Origin: Eledone cirrhosa
Taxonomy: Eukaryota
Direction of reading: 5' to 3'
DNA length: 64,000 nucleotides
NCBI GenBank assembly: GCA_964016885.1
Contig: CAXHJY010000096.1
Span: 620,001 to 684,000, forward strand
This document shows, one piece after another, positions 41,501-56,900 of the stretch. The notes beneath the pieces were generated by a model. The model was not told the DNA's origin. It saw nothing but the letters and a program-made list of their open reading frames with translations, and searched no databases. A program made the position numbers and the translations under genes. Within the stretch, counting starts at the first letter, position 1; each line of letters opens with the position of its first letter.

Positions 41501-44500
41501 TCTAGTGTCCAAGGGGAGATAATTTCCAGCCAGCGAAGGGGAGATAATTTTTTTTAAAAAATCATTGGGAGATTTGTAAAAAAAATCAGGGGGAGATAAT
41601 TTGTAAAAAAAATCAAGGGGAGATAATTTCCAGCCGTCCAAGGGGAGGTAATATCTAGCCGTCCAAGGGTAGATAATTTCCAGCCGTCCAACGGGAGATA
41701 ATTTCCAGCCGTCCAAGGGTAGATAATATCCAGCCGCCCAAGGACATATTTTCCAGCCGTCCAAGGAGAGGTAATTTCTAGCCGTCCAAGGGGAGATAAT
41801 TTCCAGCCGTCCAAGGGTAGATAATATCCAGCCGTCCAAGGACATATTTTCCAGCCGTCCAAGGAGAGGTAATTTCTAGCCGTCCAAGGGGAGATAAATT
41901 CCAGCCTCCAAGGGGAGATAATTTCCAGCCAGCCAAGGGGAGATAATTTGTAAAAAAATCAGGGGGAGATAATTTGTAAAAAAAATCAGGGGGAGATAAT
42001 TTGTAAAAAAAAATCAGGGGGAGATAATTTGTAAAAAAAAATCAGGGTGAGATAATTTGCAAAAAAAATCAGGGGGAGATAATTTGTAAAAGAAAATCAG
42101 GGGTAGATAATTTGTAAAAAAAAATCAGGGGGAGATAATTTGTAAAAAAAAATCAGGGGGAGATAATTTGTAAAAAAAATCAAGGGGAGATAATTTCCAG
42201 CCGTCCAAGGAGAGATAATTTAAAAAAAAATCAGGCGGAGATAATTTGTAAAAAAAAATCAGGGGGAGATAATTTGTAAAAAAAATCAGGGGGAGATAAT
42301 TTGTAAAAAAAAATCAGGGGTAGATAATTTGTAAAAAAAAATCAGGGGGAGATAATTTGTAAAAAAAAATCAGGAGGAGATAATTTGTAAAAAAAATCAA
42401 GGGGAGATAATTTCCAGCCGTCCAAGGAGAGATAATTTAAAAAAAAATCAGGCGGAGATAATTTGTAAAAAAAAATCAGGGGGAGATAATTTGTAAAAAA
42501 AAATCAGGGGGAGATAATTTGTAAAAAAAATCAAGGGGAGATAATTTCCAGCCGTCCAAGGGGAGATAATTTTCAGCCGTCCAAGGGGAGATAATTTCCC
42601 GCCAGCCAAGGGAAGATAATATTCAAAAAAATCAGGCGGAGATAATTTGTAAAAAAAATCAGGGGGAGATAATTTGTAAAAAAATCAGGGGGAGATAATT
42701 TGTAAAAAAAAAAATCAGGGGGAGATAATTTGTAAAAAAAATCAGGGGGAGATAATTTGTAAAAAAAATCAGGGGTAGATAATTTGTAAAAAAAAATCAG
42801 GGGGAGATAATTTGTAAAAAAAAATCAGGGGGAGATAATTTGTAAAAAAAATGAAAGGGGAGATAATATCCAGCCGTCCAAGGGGAGATAATTTCCAGCC
42901 GTCCAAGGGGAGATAATTTCCAGCCGTCCAAGGGGAGATAAATTCCATCCTTCCAAGGGGATATAATTTCCAGCCGTCCAAGGGGAGATAATTTCCATCC
43001 TTCCAAGGGGATATAATTTCCAGCCGTCCAAGGGGAGATAATTTTCAGCCGTCCAAGGAGAGGTAATTTCTAGCCGTCCAAGGAGAGATAATTTCCAGCC
43101 GTCCAAGGGGAGATAATTTCCAGCCGTCCAAGGGGAGATAATTTCCAGCCGTCCAAGGAGACATATTTTCCAGCCGTCCAAGGAGAGGTAATTCCTAGCC
43201 GTCCAAGGGGAGATAAATTCCAGCCTCCAAGGGGAGATAATTTCCAGCCAGCCAAGGGGAGATAATTTGTAAAAAAAATCAGGGGGAGATAATTTGTAAA
43301 AAAAATCAGGGGGAGATAATTTGTAAAAAAAAATCAGGGGTAGATAATTTGTAAAAAATAATCAGGGGGAGATAATTTGTAAAAAAAATCAAGGGGAGAT
43401 AATTTCCAGCCGTCCAAGGGGAGATAATTTTCAGCCGTCCAAGGGGAGATAATTTCCCGCCAGCCAAGGGAAGATAATATTTAAAAAAATTAGGCGGAGA
43501 TAATTTGTAAAAAAAATCAGGGGGAGATAATTTGTAAAAAAATCAGGGGGAGATAATTTGTAAAAAAAATCAGGGGGAGATAATTTGTAAAAAAAATCAG
43601 GGGGAGATAATTTGTAAAAAAAAATCAGGGGGAGATAATTTGTAAAAAAAATCAAGGGGAGATAATTTCCAGCCGTCCAAGGGAAGATAATTTCCAGCCC
43701 TCCAAGGGGCTATAATTTCCAGCGTCCAAGGGGAGATAATTTCCAGCCAGCGAAGGGGAGATAATTTTTTTAAAAAAATCATTGGGAGATTTGTAAAAAA
43801 AATCAGGGGGAGATAATTTGTAAAAAAAATCAAGGGGAGATAATTTCCAGCCGTCCAAGGGGAGGTAATATCTAGCCGTCCAAGGGGAGATAATTTCCAG
43901 CCGTCCAAGGGGAGATAATTTCCAGCCGTCCAAGGGTAGATAATATCCAGCCGTCCAAGGACATATTTTCCAGCCGTCCAAGGAGAGGTAATTTCTAGCC
44001 GTCCAAGGGGAGATAAATTCCAGCCTCCAAGGTGAGATAATTTCCAGCCAGCCAAGGGGAGATAATTTGTAAAAAAATCAGGGGGAGATAATTTGTAAAA
44101 AAAATCAGGGGGAGATAATTTGTAAAAAAAAATCAGGGGGAGATAATTTGTAAAAAAAAATCAGGGGGAGATAATTTGTAAAAAAAAATCAGGGGGAGAT
44201 AATTTGTAAAAAAATCAAGGGGAGATAATTTGTAAAAAGAATCAGGGGGAGATAATTTGTAAAAAAAAATCAGGGGTAGATAAATTGTAAAAAAAAATCA
44301 GGGGGAGATAATTTGTAAAAAAAATCAGGGGGAGATAATTTGTAAAAAAAATGAAAGGGGAGATAATATCCAGCCGTCCAAGGGGAGATAATTTCCAGCC
44401 GTCCAAGGGGAGATAATTTCCAGCCGTCCAAGGGGAGATAATTTCCATCCTTCCAAGGGGATATAATTTCCAGCCGTCCAAGGGGAGATAATTTCCCGCC

Positions 44501-44944
44501 AGCCAAGGGAAGATAATTTTTAAAAAAATCAGGCGGAGATTGTAAAAAAATCAGGGGGGAGATAATTTGTAAAAAAATCAGGGGAAGATAATTTGTAAAA
44601 AAAAATCAGGGGGAGATAATTTGTAAAAAATAATCAGGGGGAGATAATTTGTAAAAAAAAATCAAGGGGAGATAATTTCCAGCTGTCCAAGGGGAGATAA
44701 TTTCCCGCCAGCCAAGGGAAGATAATATTTAAAAAAATTAGGCGGAGATAATTTGTAAAAAAAATCAGGGGGAGATAATTTGTAAAAAAATCAGGGGGAG
44801 ATAATTTGTAAAAAAAAATCAGGGGTAGATAATTTGTAAAAAAAAATCAGGGGGAGATAATTTGTAAAAAAAAATCAGGGGGAGATAATTTGTAAAAAAA
44901 ATCAAGGGGAGATAATTTCCAGCCGTCCAAGGGGAGATAATTTT

Positions 44945-47900
44945 CAGCCCTCCAAGGGGCTATAATTTCCAGCGTCCAAGGGGAGATAATTTCCAGCCAG
45001 CGAAGAGGAGATAATTTTTTTAAAAAAATCATTGGGAGATTTGTAAAAAAAATCAGGGGGAGATAATTTGTAAAAAAAATCAAGGGGAGATAATTTCCAG
45101 CCGTCCAAGGGGAGGTAATATCTAGCCGTCCAAGGGTAGATAATTTCCAGCCGTCCAACGGGAGATAATTTCCAGCCGTCCAAGGGTAGATAATATCCAG
45201 CCGCCCAAGGACATATTTTCCAGCCGTCCAAGGAGAGGTAATTTCTAGCCGTCCAAGGGGAGATAATTTCCAGCCGTCCAAGGGTAGATAATATCCAGCC
45301 GTCCAAGGACATATTTTCCAGCCGTCCAAGGAGAGGTAATTTCTAGCCGTCCAAGGGGAGATAAATTCCAGCCTCCAAGGGGAGATAATTTCCAGCCAGC
45401 CAAGGGGAGATAATTTGTAAAAAAATCAGGGGGAGATAATTTGTAAAAAAAATCAGGGGGAGATAATTTGTAAAAAAAAATCAGGGGGAGATAATTTGTA
45501 AAAAAAAATCAGGGTGAGATAATTTGCAAAAAAAATCAGGGGGAGATAATTTGTAAAAAAAAATCAGGGGTAGATAATTTGTAAAAAAAAATCAGGGGGA
45601 GATAATTTGTAAAAAAAAATCAGGGGGAGATAATATGTAAAAAAAATCAAGGGGAGATAATTTCCAGCCGTCCAAGGAGAGATAATTTAAAAAAAAATCA
45701 GGCGGAGATAATTTGTAAAAAAAAATCAGGGGGAGATAATTTGTAAAAAAAATCAGGGGGAGATAATTTGTAAAAAAAAATCAGGGGTAGATAATTTGTA
45801 AAAAAAAATCAGGGGGAGATAATTTGTAAAAAAAAATCAGGAGGAGATAATTTGTAAAAAAAATCAAGGGGAGATAATTTCCAGCCGTCCAAGGAGAGAT
45901 AATTTAAAAAAAAATCAGGCGGAGATAATTTGTAAAAAAAAATCAGGGGGAGATAATTTGTAAAAAAAAATCAGGGGGAGATAATTTGTAAAAAAAATCA
46001 AGGGGAGATAATTTCCAGCCGTCCAAGGGGAGATAATTTTCAGCCGTCCAAGGGGAGATAATTTCCCGCCAGCCAAGGGAAGATAATATTCAAAAAAATC
46101 AGGCGGAGATAATTTGTAAAAAAAATCAGGGGGAGATAATTTGTAAAAAAATCAGGGGGAGATAATTTGTAAAAAAAAAAATCAGGGGGAGATAATTTGT
46201 AAAAAAAATCAGGGGGAGATAATTTGTAAAAAAAATCAGGGGTAGATAATTTGTAAAAAAAAATCAGGGGGAGATAATTTGTAAAAAAAAATCAGGGGGA
46301 GATAATTTGTAAAAAAAATGAAAGGGGAGATAATATCCAGCCGTCCAAGGGGAGATAATTTCCAGCCGTCCAAGGGGAGATAATTTCCAGCCGTCCAAGG
46401 GGAGATAATTTCCATCCTTCCAAGGGGATATAATTTCCAGCCGTCCAAGGGGAGATAATTTCCATCCTTCCAAGGGGATATAATTTCCAGCCGTCCAAGG
46501 GGAGATAATTTTCAGCCGTCCAAGGAGAGGTAATTTCTAGCCGTCCAAGGAGAGATAATTTCCAGCCGTCCAAGGGGAGATAATTTCCAGCCGTCCAAGG
46601 GGAGATAATTAACAGCCGTCCAAGGAGACATATTTTCCAGCCGTCCAAGGAGAGGTAATTCCTAGCCGTCCAAGGGGAGATAAATTCCAGCCTCCAAGGG
46701 GAGATAATTTCCAGCCAGCCAAGGGGAGATAATTTGTAAAAAAAATCAGGGGGAGATAATTTGTAAAAAAAATCAGGGGGAGATAATTTGTAAAAAAAAA
46801 TCAGGGGTAGATAATTTGTAAAAAATAATCAGGGGGAGATAATTTGTAAAAAAAATCAAGGGGAGATAATTTCCAGCCGTCCAAGGGGAGATAATTTTCA
46901 GCCGTCCAAGGGGAGATAATTTCCCGCCAGCCAAGGGAAGATAATATTTAAAAAAATTAGGCGGAGATAATTTGTAAAAAAAATCAGGGGGAGATAATTT
47001 GTAAAAAAATCAGGGGGAGATAATTTGTAAAAAAAATCAGGGGGAGATAATTTGTAAAAAAAATCAGGGGGAGATAATTTGTAAAAAAAAATCAGGGGGA
47101 GATAATTTGTAAAAAAAATCAAGGGGAGATAATTTCCAGCCGTCCAAGGGAAGATAATTTCCAGCCCTCCAAGGGGCTATAATTTCCAGCGTCCAAGGGG
47201 AGATAATTTCCAGCCAGCGAAGGGGAGATAATTTTTTTTAAAAAATCATTGGGAGATTTGTAAAAAAAATCAGGGGGAGATAATTTGTAAAAAAAATCAA
47301 GGGGAGATAATTTCCAGCCGTCCAAGGGGAGGTAATATCTAGCCGTCCAAGGGGAGATAATTTCCAGCCGTCCAAGGGGAGATAATTTCCAGCCGTCCAA
47401 GGGTAGATAATATCCAGCCGTCCAAGGACATATTTTCCAGCCGTCCAAGGAGAGGTAATTTCTAGCCGTCCAAGGGGAGATAAATTCCAGCCTCCAAGGT
47501 GAGATAATTTCCAGCCAGCCAAGGGGAGATAATTTGTAAAAAAATCAGGGGGAGATAATTTGTAAAAAAAAATCAGGGGGAGATAATTTGTAAAAAAAAA
47601 TCAGGGGGAGATAATTTGTAAAAAAAAATCAGGGGGAGATAATTTGTAAAAAAATCAAGGGGAGATAATTTCCAGCCGTCCAAGGGGAGATAATTTTCAG
47701 CCGTCCAAGGGGAGATAATTTCCCGCCAGCCAAGGGAAGATAATATTTGAAAAAATCAGGCGGAGATAATTTGTAAAAAAAATCATGGGGAGATAATTTG
47801 TAAAAAAATCAGGGGGAGATAATTTGTAAAAAAAAAATCAGGGGGAGATAATTTGTAAAAAGAATCAGGGGGAGATAATTTGTAAAAAAAAATCAGGGGT

Positions 47901-50900
47901 AGATAAATTGTAAAAAAAAATCAGGGGGAGATAATTTGTAAAAAAAATCAGGGGGAGATAATTTGTAAAAAAAATGAAAGGGGAGATAATATCCAGCCGT
48001 CCAAGGGGAGATAATTTCCAGCCGTCCAAGGGGAGATAATTTCCAGCCGTCCAAGGGGAGATAATTTCCATCCTTCCAAGGGGATATAATTTCCAGCCGT
48101 CCAAGGGGAGATAATTTCCCGCCAGCCAAGGGAAGATAATTTTTAAAAAAATCAGGCGGAGATTGTAAAAAAAATCAGGGGGGAGATAATTTGTAAAAAA
48201 ATCAGGGGGAGATAATTTGTAAAAAAAAATCAGGGGGAGATAATTTGTAAAAAATAATCAGGGGGAGATAATTTGTAAAAAAAAATCAAGGGGAGATAAT
48301 TTCCAGCCGTCCAAGGGGAGATAATTTCCCGCCAGCCAAGGGAAGATAATATTTAAAAAAATTAGGCGGAGATAATTTGTAAAAAAAATCAGGGGGAGAT
48401 AATTTGTAAAAAAATCAGGGGGAGATAATTTGTAAAAAAAATCAGGGGGAGATAATTTGTAAAAAAATTCATGGGGAGATAATTTGTAAAAAAAAATCAG
48501 GGGTAGATAATTTGTAAAAAAAAATCAGGGGGAGATAATTTGTAAAAAAAAAATCAGGGGGAGATAATTTGTAAAAAAAATCAAGGGGAGATAATTTCCA
48601 GCCGTCCAAGGGGAGATAATTTTCAGCCGTCCAAGGAGAGGTAATTTCTAGCCGTCCAAGGGGAGATAATTTCCAGCCGTCCAAGGGGAGGTAATTTCCA
48701 GCCGTCCAAGGGGAGATAATTTTAAAAAAAAAATCAGGCGGAGATAATTTGTAAAAAAAATCAAGGGGAGATAATTTGCAGCCGTCCAAGGGGAGATAAT
48801 TTTCAGTCGTCCAAGGAGAGGTAATTTCTAGCCGTCCAAGGGGAGATAATTGCCAGCCGTCCAAGGGGAGATAATTTCCAGCCGTCCAAGGGGAGATAAT
48901 TTTTTTTAAAAAATCAGGCGGAGATAATTTGTAAAAAAAATCAGGGGGAGATAATTTGTAAACAAAATCAGGGGGAGATAATTTGTAAAAAAAAATCAGG
49001 GGGAGATAATTTGTAAAAAAAATCATGGAGAGATAATTTCCAGCCGTCCAAGGTGAGATAATTTCCAGCCGTCCAAGGAGACATATTTTCCAGCCGTCCA
49101 AGGCGAGGTAATTTCTAGCCGTCCAAGGGGAGATAAATTCCAGCCTCCAAGGGGAGATAATTTCCAGCCAGCCAAGTGGAGATAATTTGTAAAAAAATCA
49201 GGGGGAGATAATTTGTAAAAAATATCAGGGAGATAATTTGTAAAAAAAAATCAGGGGGAGATAATTTGTAAAAAAAATCAGGGGGAGATAATTTGTAAAA
49301 AAAAATCAGGGGGAGATAATTTGTAAAAAAAATCAAGGGGAGATAATTTCCAGCCGTCCAAGGGGAGATAATTTTCAGCCGTCCAAGGGGAGATAATTTC
49401 CCGCCAGCCAAGGGAAGATAATATTTAAAAAAATCAGGCGGAGACAATTTGTAAAAAAAATCAGGGGGAGATAATTTGTAAAAAAATCAGGGGGAGATAA
49501 TTTGTAAAAAAAAAATCAGGGGGAGATAATTTGTAAAAAAAATCAGGGGGAGATAATTTGTAAAAAAAAATCAGGGATAGATAATTTGTAAACAAAAATC
49601 AGGGGGAGATAATTTGTAAAAAAAAATCAGGGGGAGATAATTTGTAAAAAAAATGAAAGGGGAGATAATATCCAGCCGTCCAAGGGGAGATAATTTCCAG
49701 CCGTCCAAGGGGATATAATTTCCAGCCGTCCAAGGGGAGATAATTTCCATCCTTCCAAGGGGATATAATTTCCAGCCGTCCAAGGGGAGATAATTTCCCG
49801 CCAGCCAAGGGAAGATAATTTTTAAAAAAATCAGGCGGAGATTGTAAAAAAAATCAGGGGGGAGATAATTTGTAAAAAAATCAGGGGGAGATAATTTGTA
49901 AAAAATAATCAGCGGGAGATAATTTGTAAAAAAATTCAAGGGGAGATAATTTCCAGCCGTCCAAGGGGAGATAATTTCCCGCCAGCCAAGGGAAGATAAT
50001 ATTTAAAAAAATTAGGCGGAGATAATTTGTAAAAAAAATCAGGGGGAGATAATTTGTAAAAAAATCAGGGGGAGATAATTTGTAAAAAAAATCAGGGGGA
50101 GATAATTTGTAAAAAAAATCATGGGGAGATAATTTGTAAAAAAAAATCAGGGGTAGATAATTTGTAAAAAAAAATCAGGGGGAGATAATTTGTAAAAAAA
50201 AATCAGGGGGAGATAATTTGTAAAAAAAATCAAGGGGAGATAATATCCAGCCGTCCAAGGAGAGATAATTTAAAAAAAAAATGAGGCGGAGATAATTTGT
50301 AAAAAAAAAATCAGGGGGAGTTAATTTGTAAAAAAAAATGAGGGGGAGATAATTTGTAAAAAAAATCAAGGGGAGATAATTTCCAGCCGTCCAAGGGGAG
50401 ATAATTTTCAGCCGTCCAAGGAGAGGTAATTTCTAGCCGTCCAAGGGGAGATAATTTCCAGCCGTCCAAGGGGAGGTAATTTCCAGCCGTCCAAGGGGAG
50501 ATAATTTTAAAAAAAAAATCAGGCGGAGATAATTTGTAAAAAAAATCAAGGGGAGATAATTTGCAGCCGTCCAAGGGGAGATAATTTTCAGCCGTCCAAG
50601 GAGAGGTAATTTCTAGCCGTTCAAGGGGAGATAATTTCCAGCCGTCCAAGGGGAGATAATTTCCAGCCGTCCAAGGGGAGATAATTTTTTTTAAAAAATC
50701 AGGCGGAGATAATTTGTAAAAAAAAATCAGGGGGAGATAATTCGTAAAAAAAAATCAGGGGGAGATAATTTGTAAAAAAAAATCAGGGGGAGATAATTTG
50801 TAAAAAAAATCAAGGGGAGATAATTTCCAGCCGTCCAAGGGGAGGTAATATCTAGCCGTCCAAGGGGAGATAATTTCCAGCCGTCCAAGGGGAGATAATT

Positions 50901-53900
50901 TCCAGCCGTCCAAGGGGAGATAATTTCCAGCCGTCCAAGGAGACATATTTTCCAGCCGTCCAAGGCGAGGTAATTTCTAGCCGTCCAAGGGGAGATTAAT
51001 TCCAGCCTCCAAGGGGAGATAATTTCCAGCCAGCCAAGGGGAGATAATTTGTAAAAAAATCGGGGAGATAATTTGTAAAAAATATCAGGGAGATAATTTG
51101 TAAAAAAAAATCAGGGGGAGATAATTTGTAAAAAAAATCAGGGGGAGATAATTTGTAAAAAAAAATCAGGGGGAGATAATTTGTAAAAAAAATCAAGGGG
51201 AGATAATTTCCAGCCGTCCAAGGGGAGATAATTTTCAGCCGTCCAAGGAGAGGTAATTTCTAACCGTCCGAGGAGAGATAATTTCCAGCCGTCCAAGGGG
51301 AGATAATTTCCAGCCGTCCAAGGGGAGATAATTTCCAGCCGTCCAAGGAGACATATTTTCCAGCCGTCCAAGGAGAGGTAATTTCTAGCCGTCCAAGGGG
51401 AGATAAATTCCAGCCTCCAAGGGGAGATAATTTCCAGCCAGCCAAGGGGAGATAATTTGTAAAAAAATCAGGGGGAGATAATTTGCAAAAAAAATCAGGG
51501 GGAGATAATTTGTAAAAAAAATCAGGGGGAGATAATTTGTAAAAAATAATCAGGGGGAGATAATTTCCAGCCGTCCAAGGGAAGATAATTTCCAGCCCTC
51601 CAAGGGGCTATAATTTCCAGTGTCCAAGGGGAGATAATTTCCAGCCAGCGAAGGGGAGATAATTTTTTTTAAAAAATCATTGGGAGATTTGTAAAAAAAA
51701 TCAGGGGGAGATAATTTGTAAAAAAAATCAAGGGGAGATAATTTCCAGCCGTCCAAGGGGAGGTAATATCTAGCCGTCCAAGGGTAGATAATTTCCAGCC
51801 GTCCAACGGGAGATAATTTCCAGCCGTCCAAGGGTAGATAATATCCAGCCGCCCAAGGACATATTTTCCAGCCATCCAAGGAGAGGTAATTTCTAGCCGT
51901 CCAAGGGGAGATAATTTCCAGCCGTCCAAGGGTAGATAATATCCAGCCGTCCAAGGACATATTTTCCAGCCGTCCAAGGAGAGGTAATTTCTAGCCGTCC
52001 AAGGGGAGATAAATTCCAGCCTCCAAGGGGAGATAATTTCCAGCCAGCCAAGGGGAGATAATTTGTAAAAAAATCAGGGGGAGATAATTTGTAAAAAAAA
52101 TCAGGGGGAGATAATTTGTAAAAAAAAATCAGGGGGAGATAATTTGTAAAAAAAAATCAGGGTGAGATAATTTGCAAAAAAAATCAGGGGGAGATAATTT
52201 GTAAAAAAAAATCAGGGGTAGATAATTTGTAAAAAAAAATCAGGGGGAGATAATTTGTAAAAAAAAATCAGGGGGAGATAATATGTAAAAAAAATCAAGG
52301 GGAGATAATTTCCAGCCGTCCAAGGAGAGATAATTTTAAAAAAAATCAGGCGGAGATAATTTGTAAAAAAAAATCAGGGGGAGATAATTTGTAAAAAAAA
52401 TCAGGGGGAGATAATTTGTAAAAAAAAATCAGGGGTAGATAATTTGTAAAAAAAAATCAGGGGGAGATAATTTGTAAAAAAAAATCAGGAGGAGATAATT
52501 TGTAAAAAAAATCAAGGGGAGATAATTTCCAGCCGTCCAAGGAGAGATAATTTAAAAAAAAATCAGGCGGAGATAATTTGTAAAAAAAAATCAGGGGGAG
52601 ATAATTTGTAAAAAAAAATCAGGGGGAGATAATTTGTAAAAAAAATCAAGGGGAGATAATTTCCAGCCGTCCAAGGGGAGATAATTTTCAGCCGTCCAAG
52701 GGGAGATAATTTCCCGCCAGCCAAGGGAAGATAATATTCAAAAAAATCAGGCGGAGATAATTTGTAAAAAAAATCAGGGGGAGATAATTTGTAAAAAAAT
52801 CAGGGGGAGATAATTTGTAAAAAAAAAAATCAGGGGGAGATAATTTGTAAAAAAAATCAGGGGGAGATAATTTGTAAAAAAAATCAGGGGTAGATAATTT
52901 GTAAAAAAAAATCAGGGGGAGATAATTTGTAAAAAAAAATCAGGGGGAGATAATTTGTAAAAAAAATGAAAGGGGAGATAATATCCAGCCGTCCAAGGGG
53001 AGATAATTTCCAGCCGTCCAAGGGGAGATAATTTCCAGCCGTCCAAGGGGAGATAATTTCCATCCTTCCAAGGGGATATAATTTCCAGCCGTCCAAGGGG
53101 AGATAATTTCCATCCTTCCAAGGGGATATAATTTCCAGCCGTCCAAGGGGAGATAATTTTCAGCCGTCCAAGGAGAGGTAATTTCTAGCCGTCCAAGGAG
53201 AGATAATTTCCAGCCGTCCAAGGGGAGATAATTTCCAGCCGTCCAAGGGGAGATAATTTCCAGCCGTCCAAGGAGACATATTTTCCAGCCGTCCAAGGAG
53301 AGGTAATTCCTAGCCGTCCAAGGGGAGATAAATTCCAGCCTCCAAGGGGAGATAATTTCCAGCCAGCCAAGGGGAGATAATTTGTAAAAAAAATCAGGGG
53401 GAGATAATTTGTAAAAAAAATCAGGGGGAGATAATTTGTAAAAAAAAATCAGGGGTAGATAATTTGTAAAAAATAATCAGGGGGAGATAATTTGTAAAAA
53501 AAATCAAGGGGAGATAATTTCCAGCCGTCCAAGGGGAGATAATTTTCAGCCGTCCAAGGGGAGATAATTTCCCGCCAGCCAAGGGAAGATAATATTTAAA
53601 AAAATTAGGCGGAGATAATTTGTAAAAAAAATCAGGGGGAGATAATTTGTAAAAAAATCAGGGGGAGATAATTTGTAAAAAAAATCAGGGGGAGATAATT
53701 TGTAAAAAAAATCAGGGGGAGATAATTTGTAAAAAAAAATCAGGGGGAGATAATTTGTAAAAAAAATCAAGGGGAGATAATTTCCAGCCGTCCAAGGGAA
53801 GATAATTTCCAGCCCTCCAAGGGGCTATAATTTCCAGCGTCCAAGGGGAGATAATTTCCAGCCAGCGAAGGGGAGATAATTTTTTTTAAAAAATCATTGG

Positions 53901-56900
53901 GAGATTTGTAAAAAAAATCAGGGGGAGATAATTTGTAAAAAAAATCAAGGGGAGATAATTTCCAGCCGTCCAAGGGGAGGTAATATCTAGCCGTCCAAGG
54001 GGAGATAATTTCCAGCCGTCCAAGGGGAGATAATTTCCAGCCGTCCAAGGGTAGATAATATCCAGCCGTCCAAGGACATATTTTCCAGCCGTCCAAGGAG
54101 AGGTAATTTCTAGCCGTCCAAGGGGAGATAAATTCCAGCCTCCAAGGTGAGATAATTTCCAGCCAGCCAAGGGGAGATAATTTGTAAAAAAATCAGGGGG
54201 AGATAATTTGTAAAAAAAAATCAGGGGGAGATAATTTGTAAAAAAAAATCAGGGGGAGATAATTTGTAAAAAAAAATCAGGGGGAGATAATTTGTAAAAA
54301 AATCAAGGGGAGATAATTTCCAGCCGTCCAAGGGGAGATAATTTTCAGCCGTCCAAGGGGAGATAATTTCCCGCCAGCCAAGGGAAGATAATATTTGAAA
54401 AAATCAGGCGGAGATAATTTGTAAAAAAAATCATGGGGAGATAATTTGTAAAAAAATCAGGGGGAGATAATTTGTAAAAAAAAAATCAGGGGGAGATAAT
54501 TTGTAAAAAGAATCAGGGGGAGATAATTTGTAAAAAAAAATCAGGGGTAGATAAATTGTAAAAAAAAATCAGGGGGAGATAATTTGTAAAAAAAATCAGG
54601 GGGAGATAATTTGTAAAAAAAATGAAAGGGGAGATAATATCCAGCCGTCCAAGGGGAGATAATTTCCAGCCGTCCAAGGGGAGATAATTTCCAGCCGTCC
54701 AAGGGGAGATAATTTCCATCCTTCCAAGGGGATATAATTTCCAGCCGTCCAAGGGGAGATAATTTCCCGCCAGCCAAGGGAAGATAATTTTTAAAAAAAT
54801 CAGGCGGAGATTGTAAAAAAAATCAGGGGGGAGATAATTTGTAAAAAAATCAGGGGGAGATAATTTGTAAAAAAAAATCAGGGGGAGATAATTTGTAAAA
54901 AATAATCAGGGGGAGATAATTTGTAAAAAAAAATCAAGGGGAGATAATTTCCAGCCGTCCAAGGGGAGATAATTTCCCGCCAGCCAAGGGAAGATAATAT
55001 TTAAAAAAATTAGGCGGAGATAATTTGTAAAAAAAATCAGGGGGAGATAATTTGTAAAAAAATCAGGGGGAGATAATTTGTAAAAAAAATCAGGGGGAGA
55101 TAATTTGTAAAAAAATTCATGGGGAGATAATTTGTAAAAAAAAATCAGGGGTAGATAATTTGTAAAAAAAAATCAGGGGGAGATAATTTGTAAAAAAAAA
55201 ATCAGGGGGAGATAATTTGTAAAAAAAATCAAGGGGAGATAATTTCCAGCCGTCCAAGGGGAGATAATTTTCAGCCGTCCAAGGAGAGGTAATTTCTAGC
55301 CGTCCAAGGGGAGATAATTTCCAGCCGTCCAAGGGGAGGTAATTTCCAGCCGTCCAAGGGGAGATAATTTTAAAAAAAAAATCAGGCGGAGATAATTTGT
55401 AAAAAAAATCAAGGGGAGATAATTTGCAGCCGTCCAAGGGGAGATAATTTTCAGTCGTCCAAGGAGAGGTAATTTCTAGCCGTCCAAGGGGAGATAATTG
55501 CCAGCCGTCCAAGGGGAGATAATTTCCAGCCGTCCAAGGGGAGATAATTTTTTTTAAAAAATCAGGCGGAGATAATTTGTAAAAAAAATCAGGGGGAGAT
55601 AATTTGTAAACAAAATCAGGGGGAGATAATTTGTAAAAAAAAATCAGGGGGAGATAATTTGTAAAAAAAATCATGGAGAGATAATTTCCAGCCGTCCAAG
55701 GTGAGATAATTTCCAGCCGTCCAAGGAGACATATTTTCCAGCCGTCCAAGGCGAGGTAATTTCTAGCCGTCCAAGGGGAGATAAATTCCAGCCTCCAAGG
55801 GGAGATAATTTCCAGCCAGCCAAGTGGAGATAATTTGTAAAAAAATCAGGGGGAGATAATTTGTAAAAAATATCAGGGAGATAATTTGTAAAAAAAAATC
55901 AGGGGGAGATAATTTGTAAAAAAAATCAGGGGGAGATAATTTGTAAAAAAAAATCAGGGGGAGATAATTTGTAAAAAAAATCAAGGGGAGATAATTTCCA
56001 GCCGTCCAAGGGGAGATAATTTTCAGCCGTCCAAGGGGAGATAATTTCCCGCCAGCCAAGGGAAGATAATATTTAAAAAAATCAGGCGGAGACAATTTGT
56101 AAAAAAAATCAGGGGGAGATAATTTGTAAAAAAATCAGGGGGAGATAATTTGTAAAAAAAAAATCAGGGGGAGATAATTTGTAAAAAAAATCAGGGGGAG
56201 ATAATTTGTAAAAAAAAATCAGGGATAGATAATTTGTAAACAAAAATCAGGGGGAGATAATTTGTAAAAAAAAATCAGGGGGAGATAATTTGTAAAAAAA
56301 ATGAAAGGGGAGATAATATCCAGCCGTCCAAGGGGAGATAATTTCCAGCCGTCCAAGGGGATATAATTTCCAGCCGTCCAAGGGGAGATAATTTCCATCC
56401 TTCCAAGGGGATATAATTTCCAGCCGTCCAAGGGGAGATAATTTCCCGCCAGCCAAGGGAAGATAATTTTTAAAAAAATCAGGCGGAGATTGTAAAAAAA
56501 ATCAGGGGGGAGATAATTTGTAAAAAAATCAGGGGGAGATAATTTGTAAAAAATAATCAGCGGGAGATAATTTGTAAAAAAATTCAAGGGGAGATAATTT
56601 CCAGCCGTCCAAGGGGAGATAATTTCCCGCCAGCCAAGGGAAGATAATATTTAAAAAAATTAGGCGGAGATAATTTGTAAAAAAAATCAGGGGGAGATAA
56701 TTTGTAAAAAAATCAGGGGGAGATAATTTGTAAAAAAAATCAGGGGGAGATAATTTGTAAAAAAAATCATGGGGAGATAATTTGTAAAAAAAAATCAGGG
56801 GTAGATAATTTGTAAAAAAAAATCAGGGGGAGATAATTTGTAAAAAAAAATCAGGGGGAGATAATTTGTAAAAAAAATCAAGGGGAGATAATATCCAGCC